IMG/VR virus record: IMGVR_UViG_3300045988_097954
Location: 1,532 to 65,531 of that record
From: a virus
DNA length: 64,000 bases
Reading direction: 5' to 3' (one strand)
The position numbers and the translations under genes are program-made. The notes under the pieces are model-generated. The model was not told the origin of the DNA, searched no databases, and was given only the letters and a program-made list of their open reading frames with translations. How positions within the stretch are numbered: the first letter of the stretch is position 1; the number at the start of each line of letters is the position of its first letter. This document shows positions 7,750 through 18,655 of the stretch, one piece after another.

Positions 7750-8650
7750 GCGTAAAGTTTCCTTACAAGCTAGTGCAATTAGTGTTGTTTTAGATAATTC
7801 ACATCCCAATGCAATGCGATTTACTGGCACATGTATGTTCTTGAATACTCCATCTGACTACACACCTGGTGGTATTAACAAACCTGTGTTATTGACATCG
7901 GAAGAAGCAGAAAAAAGTGCATCAACAATGAACCTCATGGGTATTAACTGTGATTATGAAACATGGATGTTCCCTGATGAAGTAATGATGGCTCACGACC
8001 GTCGCAATAAGATTGGCGTTGTTGAAAAATGCTGGGTTGATGGTGATGAGTTAAAATTTACAGGCATTATGTATAAGAACGATTTCCCAGATATTGCCGA
8101 ATTCATTAAAAAAACAGTAGACTCCCTTGGGTTCTCCGTGGAAGCAATGTTCAATATTAATGAACATGACGACTACATTGAAGCAAAAGACGTTGAATTT
8201 ACTGGGGTTGCAATCTTGTTTAAAGATGCAGCCGCATATCAAAATACGTATATCGCAGAAATTGCCGCTAAGGCGAAAGGAAAACAACTAATGGAAAAAC
8301 AAGAAATTCAAAACCTTATTGAAGAAACAATCAAGGCTCAATTAGAAGCTAATGCTAAGGCTGAACAAGAAAAAGCAGAAGCACAAGAATTGGCAGATGC
8401 AAAAGCAGAAGTTGAACGCTTGACTGCTGAATGTTCCGCAAAAGACGAAGCAATCGCTGAAAAAGACGCTAAGATTGCAGAGCTTGAAAAAGCGGTTGAA
8501 ACAAAAGATGCTGAAATCGAAGCAAGTAAAACAGAAGAAACCGTAGTTTCCGATGTTGCTAATTTGGAAACAAAAGCGAAAATGGATGCAAGCAAAAAAG
8601 CTGTAGCACCGAAATCTTTCGCTGATGTTGTACGTTCCGCAATGAAATAA
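7742..8650 (+). CDS. head scaffolding protein (possible protease-scaffold fusion)
   Basis: Lies between portal and capsid genes. C-terminal 120 aa is an Ala/Glu/Lys coiled coil. Start ATG 7742 overlaps the portal stop. Confidence 0.55.
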   Translation: MNKRKVSLQASAISVVLDNSHPNAMRFTGTCMFLNTPSDYTPGGINKPVLLTSEEAEKSASTMNLMGINCDYETWMFPDEVMMAHDRRNKIGVVEKCWVDGDELKFTGIMYKNDFPDIAEFIKKTVDSLGFSVEAMFNINEHDDYIEAKDVEFTGVAILFKDAAAYQNTYIAEIAAKAKGKQLMEKQEIQNLIEETIKAQLEANAKAEQEKAEAQELADAKAEVERLTAECSAKDEAIAEKDAKIAELEKAVETKDAEIEASKTEETVVSDVANLETKAKMDASKKAVAPKSFADVVRSAMK

Positions 8651-8700
8651 TCATCGATATCTTTTATTAATTCATTATCAATTACAGGAGAAACAAACTA

Positions 8701-9717
8701 ATGGCAGTAACAAAAACTGGTTTCATGAGTGCAGCCGCTGTTGCGGACTATAATCAATCTCACTACTTAGAACTTCCAAAGTTCCAATCTGAAATTCTTG
8801 ACTTGTTAAATCGTCAAGTAACAATCCGTGACCGTATTAAATCTGTAATGGCAACAGGTCATCCATCTCGTTACTTCGAACAAACAAAACTTGCTCACAA
8901 CGCTAAGTTCGTAAACGCACGTACAGGCGACTCTGGCAAGTTTGGTGGTGTAACCGATGAAGACTACGGTCGTGTAGAACGTGCGTTGTTCATCAAAGCG
9001 ATTACAAGCGGTATTAAATACTCTTTGTTTGACCAAGATGTTGTAAAACAACAAGGTGATGCATTGGCTGAACAACTTTTGAACAAAGACATGGCTGATA
9101 TGCTTGTTGATGTATACAAAACTTCTAACAAAGCGATTTGGACTGGTGCAGCAACTGAAGTCGATGACTCTACATCTCTTGAATACTGTGGCTTGGCTAC
9201 ACAAATTACTGATGCAGTATCTGTAGCTAACCCTTACAGCTTTGCAACAGGCACAGGCGAATTCGTAACTGATGCTATTAGAACTAAAATGGCTCAAAAC
9301 TTGGCTAATACAGATTTCATTGGTCGTCCAACTGCAATCTATGCAAACCCAATGACTATTGACTACATTAGCCGTTCTGAATTAAAGCGTCCTGGTGTTG
9401 CATTGAACCAAGATGCACAACAAGTTGACTTGGGTAACGGCTTTATTGTGAATACAATCCGTACACAAGCAGGTTTCTTACCATTGATTCCTGATAACTA
9501 TATCCCATTCGATGCTGGTACTAAGAAACATACATTGTATGTTGTAAACGAAGACTTAATCGAACGTCATTGGATTGGTGATTCCGAAGCTCGTGTTTAC
9601 AAAATGGGTCTTAACCAAGGCTTATTAGACGAATATGTTGCAGTATTATTTGATGCTGTTGTTGCTAAGGGTACTTCTGCTGGTGCTCACTTCAAAGTTG
9701 AATTCATAGAAGCATAA
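8701..9717 (+). CDS. major capsid protein
   Basis: 338 aa after the scaffold gene, strong RBS ACAGGAGA, followed by a hairpin. Assigned by position and size only. Confidence 0.7.
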   Translation: MAVTKTGFMSAAAVADYNQSHYLELPKFQSEILDLLNRQVTIRDRIKSVMATGHPSRYFEQTKLAHNAKFVNARTGDSGKFGGVTDEDYGRVERALFIKAITSGIKYSLFDQDVVKQQGDALAEQLLNKDMADMLVDVYKTSNKAIWTGAATEVDDSTSLEYCGLATQITDAVSVANPYSFATGTGEFVTDAIRTKMAQNLANTDFIGRPTAIYANPMTIDYISRSELKRPGVALNQDAQQVDLGNGFIVNTIRTQAGFLPLIPDNYIPFDAGTKKHTLYVVNEDLIERHWIGDSEARVYKMGLNQGLLDEYVAVLFDAVVAKGTSAGAHFKVEFIEA

Positions 9718-9735
9718 TTCAAACGATTAATCACA

Positions 9736-9755
9736 GGGGTGTCTAATGACACCCC
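9736..9755 (+). terminator. stem-loop after the capsid gene (weak or partial terminator)
   Basis: GGGGTGTC-TAAT-GACACCCC; only a weak T tract follows. Confidence 0.4.
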
Positions 9756-9781
9756 AATGTCTTAACCGAATGGAGAAACAC

Positions 9782-9991
9782 ATGTTAGTAACTTTAAAGA
9801 ATACGGATGCGAAACGCATTTATCTCTGTGGTCGAATCATTGATTCTGAAAACGGTCGTTTTGAGGTCACAGAAGAAGAATATGCGTTAAACGAATCCAT
9901 TTTAGAGCCTGTGGATAAAAAAGCAGGAAAAGTGGTAAAACCACTTGAAAAAACCGAAGAAGATGTAAAAGACGAAAAACCGTCCAAATAG
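9782..9991 (+). CDS. hypothetical head-associated protein
   Basis: ATG 9782 follows GGAGA. The track start at 9746 lies inside the hairpin. Confidence 0.5.
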   Translation: MLVTLKNTDAKRIYLCGRIIDSENGRFEVTEEEYALNESILEPVDKKAGKVVKPLEKTEEDVKDEKPSK

Positions 9992-10000
9992 GAGTCAACT

Positions 10001-10573
10001 ATGTCGATGTATTTAGAACCATTTGAGATGGAAGAATATGGTGCAATTATCCCATTTGATGAAACTCATGTTAAATTCGCATCGACAATGATTGATGCTT
10101 ACATTGGAACAAACAATGGGAAATCCAAATTTACATCTAACACGACAACCGAAGTAATCAAGCCAACACGCAAAGGATTGTTGATACTAAAGAATGACCC
10201 TGTGATAGACATTGTTTCTATACAAGGGGTAACAACAAGAGATGTGCATGAAGACGGAGTTGAGATTGAACCATATTTATATGACTTCGATGGCAGCAAA
10301 TATGTGTATTTATCAAACAATTCCGCCAATATGACATACTCTAAGATATTCTTACGAAACGCAAGATATTATAAAGTCACATACAAATACGGATTCGATG
10401 AAATCCCAGAAGAAGTTAAAACGGCGTGTGCTATGCTTGCGATGAATATCTCTCAAGTATCAACATTTACTGCATTGGATTCCATGACTACTTTGGATGC
10501 TAGATTTTCCCTTGCTGACCCTAATCTATTTACCAATGAGATTAAGTCTCTACTGTCTCGCTATAGATTTTAA
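10001..10573 (+). CDS. putative head-tail connector/adaptor
   Basis: Position after the capsid gene; RBS AGGAG. Confidence 0.45.
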   Translation: MSMYLEPFEMEEYGAIIPFDETHVKFASTMIDAYIGTNNGKSKFTSNTTTEVIKPTRKGLLILKNDPVIDIVSIQGVTTRDVHEDGVEIEPYLYDFDGSKYVYLSNNSANMTYSKIFLRNARYYKVTYKYGFDEIPEEVKTACAMLAMNISQVSTFTALDSMTTLDARFSLADPNLFTNEIKSLLSRYRF

Positions 10574-10585
10574 ACGGAGGTATGT

Positions 10586-11173
10586 ATGAATCCAAAATAT
10601 ACACCAAAGTTTGATTGTACACGTATGTTCGCATCGTGGCGTGAGATAATAACCTGTATAGGCAAGAAACCAGAATATGTACTATTTACTAGAATTGGTC
10701 GTGGTACAAAGCGTTTTCTTGTGAACAATGTCAGATGGGGAAGTCTAATGTCAGATTCTTCGCTAGAAAGTGGAGATATCTGTCAGCGGTCAAACGGAGA
10801 TACGCTGTTTTTGGTCGCTAAAACAAACTCATTCAACGGTGATAAGGGTGAGTTTTATACAACAAACACTACAGTAAATCTTTATAAAGTTTCAAATCAG
10901 TTAGATGAATACGGCAATACAGCTGGCACATCCGTTGAGAAGACTGCGGAGAACATCAAATGTGTATACGAAGATGTATCCGCAAAAATGCATTTGTTTG
11001 ATTATGGTTTGTTACCAACTACAACCAAGCGTTTTATCCTGCCAAAAGATACTAAAGTGGCACTACTTGATAGAATCGAAAGCAATGGACAGTTGTTACA
11101 AATTGATGTAATTAACAAGTTTGACTTCGCTCCATTCTTGTATGTGCAATGCTCACCAGATGAGCGTGGATAG
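10586..11173 (+). CDS. putative head-tail joining protein
   Basis: RBS GGAGG; lies in the head-completion block. Confidence 0.45.
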   Translation: MNPKYTPKFDCTRMFASWREIITCIGKKPEYVLFTRIGRGTKRFLVNNVRWGSLMSDSSLESGDICQRSNGDTLFLVAKTNSFNGDKGEFYTTNTTVNLYKVSNQLDEYGNTAGTSVEKTAENIKCVYEDVSAKMHLFDYGLLPTTTKRFILPKDTKVALLDRIESNGQLLQIDVINKFDFAPFLYVQCSPDERG

Positions 11174-11175
11174 CC

Positions 11176-11769
11176 ATGGAAACGATACAAGATGTTGTCT
11201 CGAAAGTTGTCAAAGACCATTTAGATGTTCTCATGGAGCGTATCCGACAACAATGGAACGCTACTGATAAGGGCATCTATACTCGTCATGAGGTAATCTT
11301 ACGAAGATATACACCAAGCAAAAACATGGTTAGACTTGGGTTAGACTTTCAGGGTCTTGGTGCATTTATCCTTGAGTATGGCTCAGGGTCACTTATGGTG
11401 ACTAATACGAGTGCAGAAATTGGTGAAATGGGCAACCCCTCTTTACCTGAGTACATTGGTTCGACTTGGTATAATGACGACAGAGCGGCAAACGGTAATG
11501 CAATCATGGGTCGCAAAAAAGGTGATGTTATACATTCACCAACCGAGGGTGTCGAAGATACAAAATCCTCTGGTAAGCTATATGGGAAAAATCTTGAACA
11601 ACCCATTAAAAACTCAAAGCTAAAGCCATTAGAACCCCAAGAACCACTACATATTGTGGAAGAACAGGTTTTTTACTGGTGTATAGAACTTGAGGAAGCA
11701 ATTAACGATGCTGTTTCTGATTGGCTAGATGACCAAATATCGAGCTGTTTTAAAGGAGCAAACGCATGA
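11176..11769 (+). CDS. putative head-tail joining protein
   Basis: Tightly coupled ORF in the structural block. Confidence 0.45.
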   Translation: METIQDVVSKVVKDHLDVLMERIRQQWNATDKGIYTRHEVILRRYTPSKNMVRLGLDFQGLGAFILEYGSGSLMVTNTSAEIGEMGNPSLPEYIGSTWYNDDRAANGNAIMGRKKGDVIHSPTEGVEDTKSSGKLYGKNLEQPIKNSKLKPLEPQEPLHIVEEQVFYWCIELEEAINDAVSDWLDDQISSCFKGANA

Positions 11770-12185
11770 AGTATACGGTACAACTATTAGACGAACTATG
11801 GGATATATTCCGCAAGGATGAAACCATGGCACGTCTTCTCAAGGTATCAGACCCCAATAATCTCGCTGAGTGGAATACAAAGATGAGACGTGGATTGGCT
11901 GGTGCTGACCTAGTTGACGAGAAACAAGAGATTTACTTTGTTATGTCATTTATACCATCTGTTGGTGAAACTAAAAATTGGATGGTAAATAAGAATTTGC
12001 TTGAGTTTCGCATTATTGGGCGAAGCAACAATCGTAAACTCGTGAATGACTTATATATTCACTTAAATAAACTTTTAAAGGGGCATTATGAAGATATGTC
12101 AGTATATGCCGAGGGTTCATTCTCTACTGGTACTGCTGGTTTAATCGGTTATATGTTCCGTGTTCGACCATTTACTTGGTCTTAA
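11766..12185 (+). CDS. putative tail completion protein
   Basis: ATGA-coupled; immediately upstream of the tail tube gene. Confidence 0.45.
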   Translation: MKYTVQLLDELWDIFRKDETMARLLKVSDPNNLAEWNTKMRRGLAGADLVDEKQEIYFVMSFIPSVGETKNWMVNKNLLEFRIIGRSNNRKLVNDLYIHLNKLLKGHYEDMSVYAEGSFSTGTAGLIGYMFRVRPFTWS

Positions 12186-12213
12186 TTACATCTTATTACA
12201 GGAGAAATACTTA

Positions 12214-13011
12214 ATGGCTACACAAACAGGCAAAAACTTTGTATTGAATGGTGTTGGTGAAGCATGGGCAAAACGTGTCGTAAACGGCAAAGTTGAAGCA
12301 TACAAACTTGGCACTCTTCAAACAATGAAATTATCTTTCAGTTCTTCTGATGAAAAAGTGTATGGTTCTGATGCACTTCCACCAATCTATATCTTGAATA
12401 AAGAATCTTCTGTTTCTGCATCTTTTACAGAAGCACGTTTCAATCTTGACTACTTAGGCGTAACATCTGGTGCTGAAATTGATAACAAAGGTACTTTAAT
12501 CTTTAGCGTTGAACCTACGTTGATTGCTACTGGTACTGCTTTCCAAGTTCCTGATGTAACTAATGTTGTACCAGAGGACACTATTGTTGTTCTTGCAGAT
12601 GACGTGCAAATGGAAAACAACCGAGAAACTTTGGCATATGTCAAAGCATCTCCATCCGCAGGTCAATTCACAATTGATGCAAGCGGTCAAATCACTTTGG
12701 GTGCATCTGTAACAAACAAATACATTGAAGTCTCTGGCTTGCGTACCGATACAACTTCTCGCCGTGCAACAATGAAGGCAACAAGCGTGCCACAATTCGT
12801 TGAAATTCGTCACGTTTCTAACCCTGTTGATATGGGCGATGGCAAAAAAGTTGTTCTCCATACACATATCTTCCGTGCTCGTGCTACTGGCAAAATGGAT
12901 ATCGACCATGAACGTCAAAAAGCATCTGCTCCTCAATTGGAGTTTGAAGTAATGTATGACACAACTCGTACAGACGGTAAAATCTTGGAGATTACTCAAG
13001 AAATTAAATAA
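12214..13011 (+). CDS. major tail (tube) protein
   Basis: ATG 12214 follows CAGGAGA. Lies upstream of the chaperone and tape measure genes and is followed by a strong terminator. Confidence 0.65.
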   Translation: MATQTGKNFVLNGVGEAWAKRVVNGKVEAYKLGTLQTMKLSFSSSDEKVYGSDALPPIYILNKESSVSASFTEARFNLDYLGVTSGAEIDNKGTLIFSVEPTLIATGTAFQVPDVTNVVPEDTIVVLADDVQMENNRETLAYVKASPSAGQFTIDASGQITLGASVTNKYIEVSGLRTDTTSRRATMKATSVPQFVEIRHVSNPVDMGDGKKVVLHTHIFRARATGKMDIDHERQKASAPQLEFEVMYDTTRTDGKILEITQEIK

Positions 13012-13017
13012 TGAATG

Positions 13018-13046
13018 TGGGGCATCTTTGGATGCCCCTTATTTTT
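13018..13046 (+). terminator. rho-independent terminator
   Basis: GGGGCATC-TTTG-GATGCCCC followed by TTATTTTTT. Confidence 0.8.
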
Positions 13047-13064
13047 TATATATGGAGATTTAAC

Positions 13065-13457
13065 ATGGCAGACACATTAATTCCAAAAAGTAAGTATGTT
13101 CAGCTTGGGGGCAAAGAATATCAAATTTATCCGATGATTTTGGGTGATTATGCAAAAGTGGAACGATTGTTGTCAAAGATTAACGACCAATACTTATATT
13201 TGAATTTACCAACACCAATCACAAAAGATGATGGTTCATTCGAGCTCGATAAGAATGGTAAGGTGAAATATGACTATGTGGCGTTCAATGCCATGTGTGA
13301 ATTATTTGAGTTGGCACTACACATTCCACGCAAAGAAGTAATGAATGTGGTTGACCTTGAGAGTGGTATCGAGATATTAGATGAATACATGTGTATCTCA
13401 GGTTTAAAAAAAAAGATACTACAGGGGATTCAACAGATAGCGGACTCGACAATGTAA
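13065..13457 (+). CDS. tail assembly chaperone (gpG-like)
   Basis: 130 aa directly upstream of the tape measure gene; contains a slippery A-run near its 3' end. Confidence 0.7.
   Translation: MADTLIPKSKYVQLGGKEYQIYPMILGDYAKVERLLSKINDQYLYLNLPTPITKDDGSFELDKNGKVKYDYVAFNAMCELFELALHIPRKEVMNVVDLESGIEILDEYMCISGLKKKILQGIQQIADSTM
13404..13415 (+). promoter_or_regulatory. -1 programmed frameshift slippery site
   Basis: TTA AAA AAA AAG (nine consecutive A). The -1 frame stays open to 13657. Confidence 0.65.
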
Positions 13458-13657
13458 TCGCATCCCTTGTCCAACACACCAGCGAAACAAAAGCAAGTCT
13501 AATGCAATATACATTACCTGAGCTTGAGGGTTTATCTAATGCATTAAACGAAAACAATAAAATGGACGATTCTACAGAGAATTCTTTCGTTGATTCTAAT
13601 TCTGTAACTGGTGCGGATGCCATTAGAGGTCTTTTGAGTTCAGATTATGCAGAGTAA
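13406..13657 (+). CDS. frameshift extension of the tail chaperone (gpT-like part of a G-T fusion)
   Basis: ORF 13391-13657 is in the -1 frame relative to 13065-13457 and ends 14 nt before the tape measure start. Confidence 0.6.
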   Translation, partial: KKKDTTGDSTDSGLDNVIASLVQHTSETKASLMQYTLPELEGLSNALNENNKMDDSTENSFVDSNSVTGADAIRGLLSSDYAE

Positions 13658-13670
13658 ATGGAGAAAATAA

Positions 13671-16600
13671 ATGGCTGATAAAAAGTTTGGATATGACATA
13701 AAGGTCAATTATAATAATATCCAAGATGACACACAAAAAGTCATCCGTGGTATCCAAGAGTTAGACAAAGCGATTGGTCGTCTCAAGAATGTTAAAGACA
13801 TCTCGATTAATGTCAAAGCTGGTGGAGACCAATTTAAGAAATTAACCGAATATGCCGCACAACTGGATAAAAATCTAAAGACCGCATCCGTAAGTGGTGC
13901 AAACCTTAGCCAATCCTTGGGTCAAGTAACCTCACAGTTTAAAAACGTGCGTGATATGACTCGTGGTGTTTCCAAAGAAGTTACCGATGCATCACGTAAT
14001 ATTGAAAAACTTGGACAATCATTGCAACGGTCTGTATCCACGGCAAAAGAACAATCGCTATCAGGTCAGTTGTCTGCTCTAAAGAGACAAGCCGAAGAAA
14101 ACTATAGACAAAACTTTAGTAAAAACCCAATTCTTTATAGTCAAAATATGTCTAACATTAACAGACAAATGCAAGAAATCTATCGTGCACAACGAGCAAT
14201 TAATCAAGCGACTAGAGAACAATTACCACTATTAAAACAATGGGGTATTGATACTGAAAACGTAGGTCATCGTTTAGGGTATTTGGCAACAAGAATGGTG
14301 GCATCTTACGCTTTAAATACGGCATTGCAAGGTTTTACTCAATTAAAAGATGTTGAGAAAGATATGGCTGGTTTTGCTCAAGTTATGAAACATGGCACAG
14401 GAGCAACCAATGCTTTTGCTCGTAGCTTGATTGAAGTCAATCCAAGAGATATGATTAATGGTCTTCAACTTACTGGTGAAGAAGCAACACATTTTAAGCA
14501 CGAGCTTGATGATATGCAAGGCAAATTACAGTCATTGGCTATAAAATATGGCACAACAAGTCATGAAATGATTGAGTCAGCAAAGTTATGGGGTCGTGCA
14601 TATAAAGATAACAATACCGTACTTGCATTGACTGATGCAGCAACTAAATTGGCTGTTGCCGATGCGTTTGATATTGTATCTGCTAACAAAGCACTTGAAT
14701 CCTCAATCATGCAATGGGGTTTCCAAATTAACAATGCTAATGATGCTATGAGTGTTTCAAACCGTATTATTGACTCATGGACATCTCTGGCTCACAACTA
14801 TACGGTATCTGCTCAAACATTGTCCGAAGCCAATAAGCGGATGGCTCAATCTGCCGCAGAAGTTGGTGTCGGATTCCATTCCGCTCAAGCATTAATCTCT
14901 GTAATGGCTCGTAAAACTCAAGCAGATGGTGGTGAAATTGGTAACGCCTTAAAGTCAATCTTTGGTTCCATTCACTCGAAGAAAGCTATTAAAGAATTAC
15001 AGGACTTTGGTATTGAAGTTTATAAGGTTGGAGAAAACGGAGAAAAATCGTTCCGTAAGGTTGATGATGTCTTGTTAGACCTTATGATTAAGGCTCAAGA
15101 CTCCAAAGAATCTATGGAAGACTTATTAAAGGCAATCTCTGGTGGTAAATGGCAATGGAATAAAGCCGATGCTATGCTTGATTTACAAGAGTACTTAGAA
15201 GCATTACGCCTAAGCTCTTCTGCCATGGGATTTACCAATGCTCAAGTTGGGATGCAACTCGATACAATTCAAACAAAATTAAAATCTATTGCAGCTCAAT
15301 GGGAAAAAGTTATGACTGGCACAGGAAACATTTCTTGGCTGATTAAAGGTATTCTTGATGGTGTTCTTGAGTTATTACAATGGCTTGATAAACTACCGAA
15401 GAGTGCATTTATGCTTGGTTTGGCTATGACTGCTTTAATCATGATACATCGTAACTTTGGTAATGTATTCCGTCTACTAAAAACAAGCGTTGTCTCTGGT
15501 TGGCAACAAATGACATTATCTGCTGAAAAATACGCAAGAGCCGCACGAATTGCCAATGCATCTACTGGTGGTCTTCGTGGCAAGGTCGCCAGTGTTGGTG
15601 GTGTATTTACTGGTGCTGGTCGTGCGATTGGTTCTGCGACTGCCTTTATGGGTGGCTGGGTTGGTATCGCCTTAGTTGCAACTGATGTAGCATTCTCCAT
15701 GTATGAAGCCTATAGATTCTCAAATGAAGCGATTGAGAAGTCTGTTGAGACAAATTCTAAGATGTTGCAACAACATCAAGAGCTCCACGCACGACTTAGT
15801 GAATCTCAACAAATTGTATCTCAATTTATTCTTGCATATGATTCCCTTAATAAAAAAATGGTTGACTACAAGGCTAATGGTCAAGATGTATCTCAAATTG
15901 AAAATCAAATGCAAATCGCAAAAGAAGGTCTTGTGGAAATCCTTGGTGAAGAAAACACAAATTGGGTACTCAACGCATCAACTGTAGAAGAAGCTAATGA
16001 CCGTGCTAAAACTGCTATTAACCAAAAGAAAACTCAACTTGAGGACTCTATCCAAGCAGAAAAACTGGCGTTGATTGACTCTGCAAAATCTGTAAGACAA
16101 CAAGCCAAAGATAACCTTGCAAGTCTTCGTGAGGAGAAAAAAGGTTGGGGCGACCGTGTAATGGTAATGTATCATTTTGCTGATGCCATTGGTGTCGCAA
16201 AAGAAGCATACTACGGTTTGATGGAGTTGTTAAACAAACAACGTCTTAGCGATGCACTCAAGAATTCTGCGGCAATGGGTGAAGCATTACATGACATGAG
16301 GGTAGCAAAGAAAGAAGCTGCCGAACGTGGTGCAAGTCAAGCTGAACTTGATGATTTCGATGCAAAAATTGCTCGTGCTTATGAAGGCATGCAAAACGCC
16401 GAAAAAGAAGTATATGATGCAAACTATAACTATACTTACTATAAAGACGAATATGCAAAACATATCGAGTCTATTGCTGCAAAAATTGTTGCAGATGAAC
16501 AACGCCAGTTAGCAGACATTAATGAAAATGCATACGGCAACGGTCATGGCAACCCAGGCACAATCGGTGGTGGCACTACTGGTGATTATGCACGAGATGA

Positions 16601-18614
16601 ATTACCTGAGGGTGCTGATGCTGGTAAAAAGAAAAAAGGTTCTAAGTCTAAAAAAGAAAAGAATCCTTTATATGGCACTAAAAAAGGCGAAGCTATTGAC
16701 TTTTTGATGAAACAAGGTTTTACCGCAAACCAAGCATATGGTATCGTTGGCAATCTAATACAAGAGTCACAACTTGACCCAACTGCGGTTAATGCCACTG
16801 GTCATCGTGGTATCGCACAATGGGATGCAAATCGATGGAGTAATCTATTGAGTTTCGCTAATGGAAATAATTCTGACCCAAATGCGTACGAAACACAACT
16901 TGCGTTCTTGGTTCATGAGTTACAAACCACACACAGAGATGCATGGCAAAAAGTCCTAGCAAAAGCTGTAAATCAAACACCAGAAGAATATGCTCATTAT
17001 TTTGACGAATTTGTCGAAATCTCTGGTGGTGAAGAAACAGCACAACGACAAGCATATGCGAGAGAACTTGCGAATACTGGGTATGGACAAGATGATTTAC
17101 ATGGTGCTGAACGTGCGAACAAAATCGCTGATAAACAAAAGAAGATACAAGACCTTGCGGACAAACTTGCTGAAAAGCAAATCGAAATGGCTAATGCTAT
17201 TAAGCCAGAGGAACAAGTTAAGTCAGCCAAGGCTACTGCGGAATTAAACAAAAAGATAAAAGACATCGAAAAGCAAATCGATGAGTTGTTAAAACTTAAT
17301 CCACAAGCCAATGTTAAAGAACTTAGAGATACTATGGCTAAGTATACCGAAGTTATGAAACATCAGATTATGGACGAAGAACGTGACTCTAATTATGCAT
17401 CCGCAATGCAAATGGCTAAGGATAGACATGAGTTAGAAGACTTTGATTTAGATGGTAAGGCAGAAAACTTTTGGGTATCGGATGTTCGTAATGTACAACG
17501 TGCATGGGAACAAGCTGAAATTGCCAAGCGTGAATACTTAGATAAAAAAGCCAGCTATGACACTGGTATGTCCAAATATACAGAGGATGACCTAAGGAAA
17601 TCTTTAATCGCATGGAAAAAATACGAAAAAGAAGCTACTAAGACCTCAAAAGATTTGAATAAAAACATCAGACAACAAACGCATGATGTTTTCCATAGTT
17701 TAATCTTTGAAGGGAAATCCATTAAAGATATATGGAAAAATCTATGGAAACAACTTGCCGAAGATGCGTTGAAGATGATATTCAAAATTCAAGATGGCAA
17801 TGGTGGTCTTTTTCAAAATATTTTGCGTAGAGTTGATAGCAGATATCAAAAAGGTATTAATGGTTTAGATAGCAAAAACATTGGTGGCATTGATAATGCT
17901 GACAATCAATTGTTAATGGCTCAGTCAACACGTAATCTTGATAAAAACTTTGAAACCTTCTTGGCTAATACTGAGGGCGGTACAGCGTGGAAACAAGCGA
18001 CATTTACTGATGCTGTAATCTATGGTAATATCCAAGGCGATAAATCAAACGTAGATATACCAGAGAATACTACTGATAAAGACGACAAACAAGATGTTTC
18101 CCAATACATCAATGCAAGTATGAAATTGGCTGGTGGCAACAACAAGTGGTTGGGTACGCTTGGTACAATCGCTGGTTTCGCTAAACAGTTTGGTCTTTTA
18201 AAGTTTGCTGGCGGTGGTTCTGTTGATAAAGACCAACTCGTACGTGTCGGTGAAGGTGATAAGAAAGAATGGATTATCCCAACCGCTGACAAAGCAAGAG
18301 GTCGCCAATTGTTGAATCAAGCAGCAAAAGACTTGGGAGTTGGTGTTACAAGTGGTATTGAACCAAAGTGGCAACATGAGGATACTAAGAATGGTGCTTT
18401 GTCAGAACAAACTAAAAGGCAAGAACACTTGATGAATCAAATGGTTGCTAACACACAGGCAATGACAAAGGGCATGAACTACATGGCAAACGGTGGTTCT
18501 GGCACTAAAGAATCCATTGCACAACCTGTGTTTGTAAAACAAACGATTTCAGACCAAGACTTCCTTGCGAAGTATCAAAAGTTGATTGCACTTGGGAAGT
18601 TAAAACAATCTTAA
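13671..18614 (+). CDS. tape measure protein with embedded lysozyme-like domain
   Basis: 1647 aa, coiled-coil rich, hydrophobic segments around aa 560-680. Segment GIVGNLIQESQLDPTAVNATGHRGIAQW resembles tail-associated lysozyme/transglycosylase domains. Confidence 0.9.
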   Translation: MADKKFGYDIKVNYNNIQDDTQKVIRGIQELDKAIGRLKNVKDISINVKAGGDQFKKLTEYAAQLDKNLKTASVSGANLSQSLGQVTSQFKNVRDMTRGVSKEVTDASRNIEKLGQSLQRSVSTAKEQSLSGQLSALKRQAEENYRQNFSKNPILYSQNMSNINRQMQEIYRAQRAINQATREQLPLLKQWGIDTENVGHRLGYLATRMVASYALNTALQGFTQLKDVEKDMAGFAQVMKHGTGATNAFARSLIEVNPRDMINGLQLTGEEATHFKHELDDMQGKLQSLAIKYGTTSHEMIESAKLWGRAYKDNNTVLALTDAATKLAVADAFDIVSANKALESSIMQWGFQINNANDAMSVSNRIIDSWTSLAHNYTVSAQTLSEANKRMAQSAAEVGVGFHSAQALISVMARKTQADGGEIGNALKSIFGSIHSKKAIKELQDFGIEVYKVGENGEKSFRKVDDVLLDLMIKAQDSKESMEDLLKAISGGKWQWNKADAMLDLQEYLEALRLSSSAMGFTNAQVGMQLDTIQTKLKSIAAQWEKVMTGTGNISWLIKGILDGVLELLQWLDKLPKSAFMLGLAMTALIMIHRNFGNVFRLLKTSVVSGWQQMTLSAEKYARAARIANASTGGLRGKVASVGGVFTGAGRAIGSATAFMGGWVGIALVATDVAFSMYEAYRFSNEAIEKSVETNSKMLQQHQELHARLSESQQIVSQFILAYDSLNKKMVDYKANGQDVSQIENQMQIAKEGLVEILGEENTNWVLNASTVEEANDRAKTAINQKKTQLEDSIQAEKLALIDSAKSVRQQAKDNLASLREEKKGWGDRVMVMYHFADAIGVAKEAYYGLMELLNKQRLSDALKNSAAMGEALHDMRVAKKEAAERGASQAELDDFDAKIARAYEGMQNAEKEVYDANYNYTYYKDEYAKHIESIAAKIVADEQRQLADINENAYGNGHGNPGTIGGGTTGDYARDELPEGADAGKKKKGSKSKKEKNPLYGTKKGEAIDFLMKQGFTANQAYGIVGNLIQESQLDPTAVNATGHRGIAQWDANRWSNLLSFANGNNSDPNAYETQLAFLVHELQTTHRDAWQKVLAKAVNQTPEEYAHYFDEFVEISGGEETAQRQAYARELANTGYGQDDLHGAERANKIADKQKKIQDLADKLAEKQIEMANAIKPEEQVKSAKATAELNKKIKDIEKQIDELLKLNPQANVKELRDTMAKYTEVMKHQIMDEERDSNYASAMQMAKDRHELEDFDLDGKAENFWVSDVRNVQRAWEQAEIAKREYLDKKASYDTGMSKYTEDDLRKSLIAWKKYEKEATKTSKDLNKNIRQQTHDVFHSLIFEGKSIKDIWKNLWKQLAEDALKMIFKIQDGNGGLFQNILRRVDSRYQKGINGLDSKNIGGIDNADNQLLMAQSTRNLDKNFETFLANTEGGTAWKQATFTDAVIYGNIQGDKSNVDIPENTTDKDDKQDVSQYINASMKLAGGNNKWLGTLGTIAGFAKQFGLLKFAGGGSVDKDQLVRVGEGDKKEWIIPTADKARGRQLLNQAAKDLGVGVTSGIEPKWQHEDTKNGALSEQTKRQEHLMNQMVANTQAMTKGMNYMANGGSGTKESIAQPVFVKQTISDQDFLAKYQKLIALGKLKQS

Positions 18615-18620
18615 AATATC

Positions 18621-18655
18621 GTTACAAAATCTAAATGTTTTTTACTATATGTAGA
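18621..18655 (+). promoter_or_regulatory. 35-nt late-promoter-like motif, copy C
   Basis: GTTACAAAATCTAAATGTTTTTTACTATATGTAGA, 7 nt after the tape measure stop and 41 nt before CDS 18696. Confidence 0.55.
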
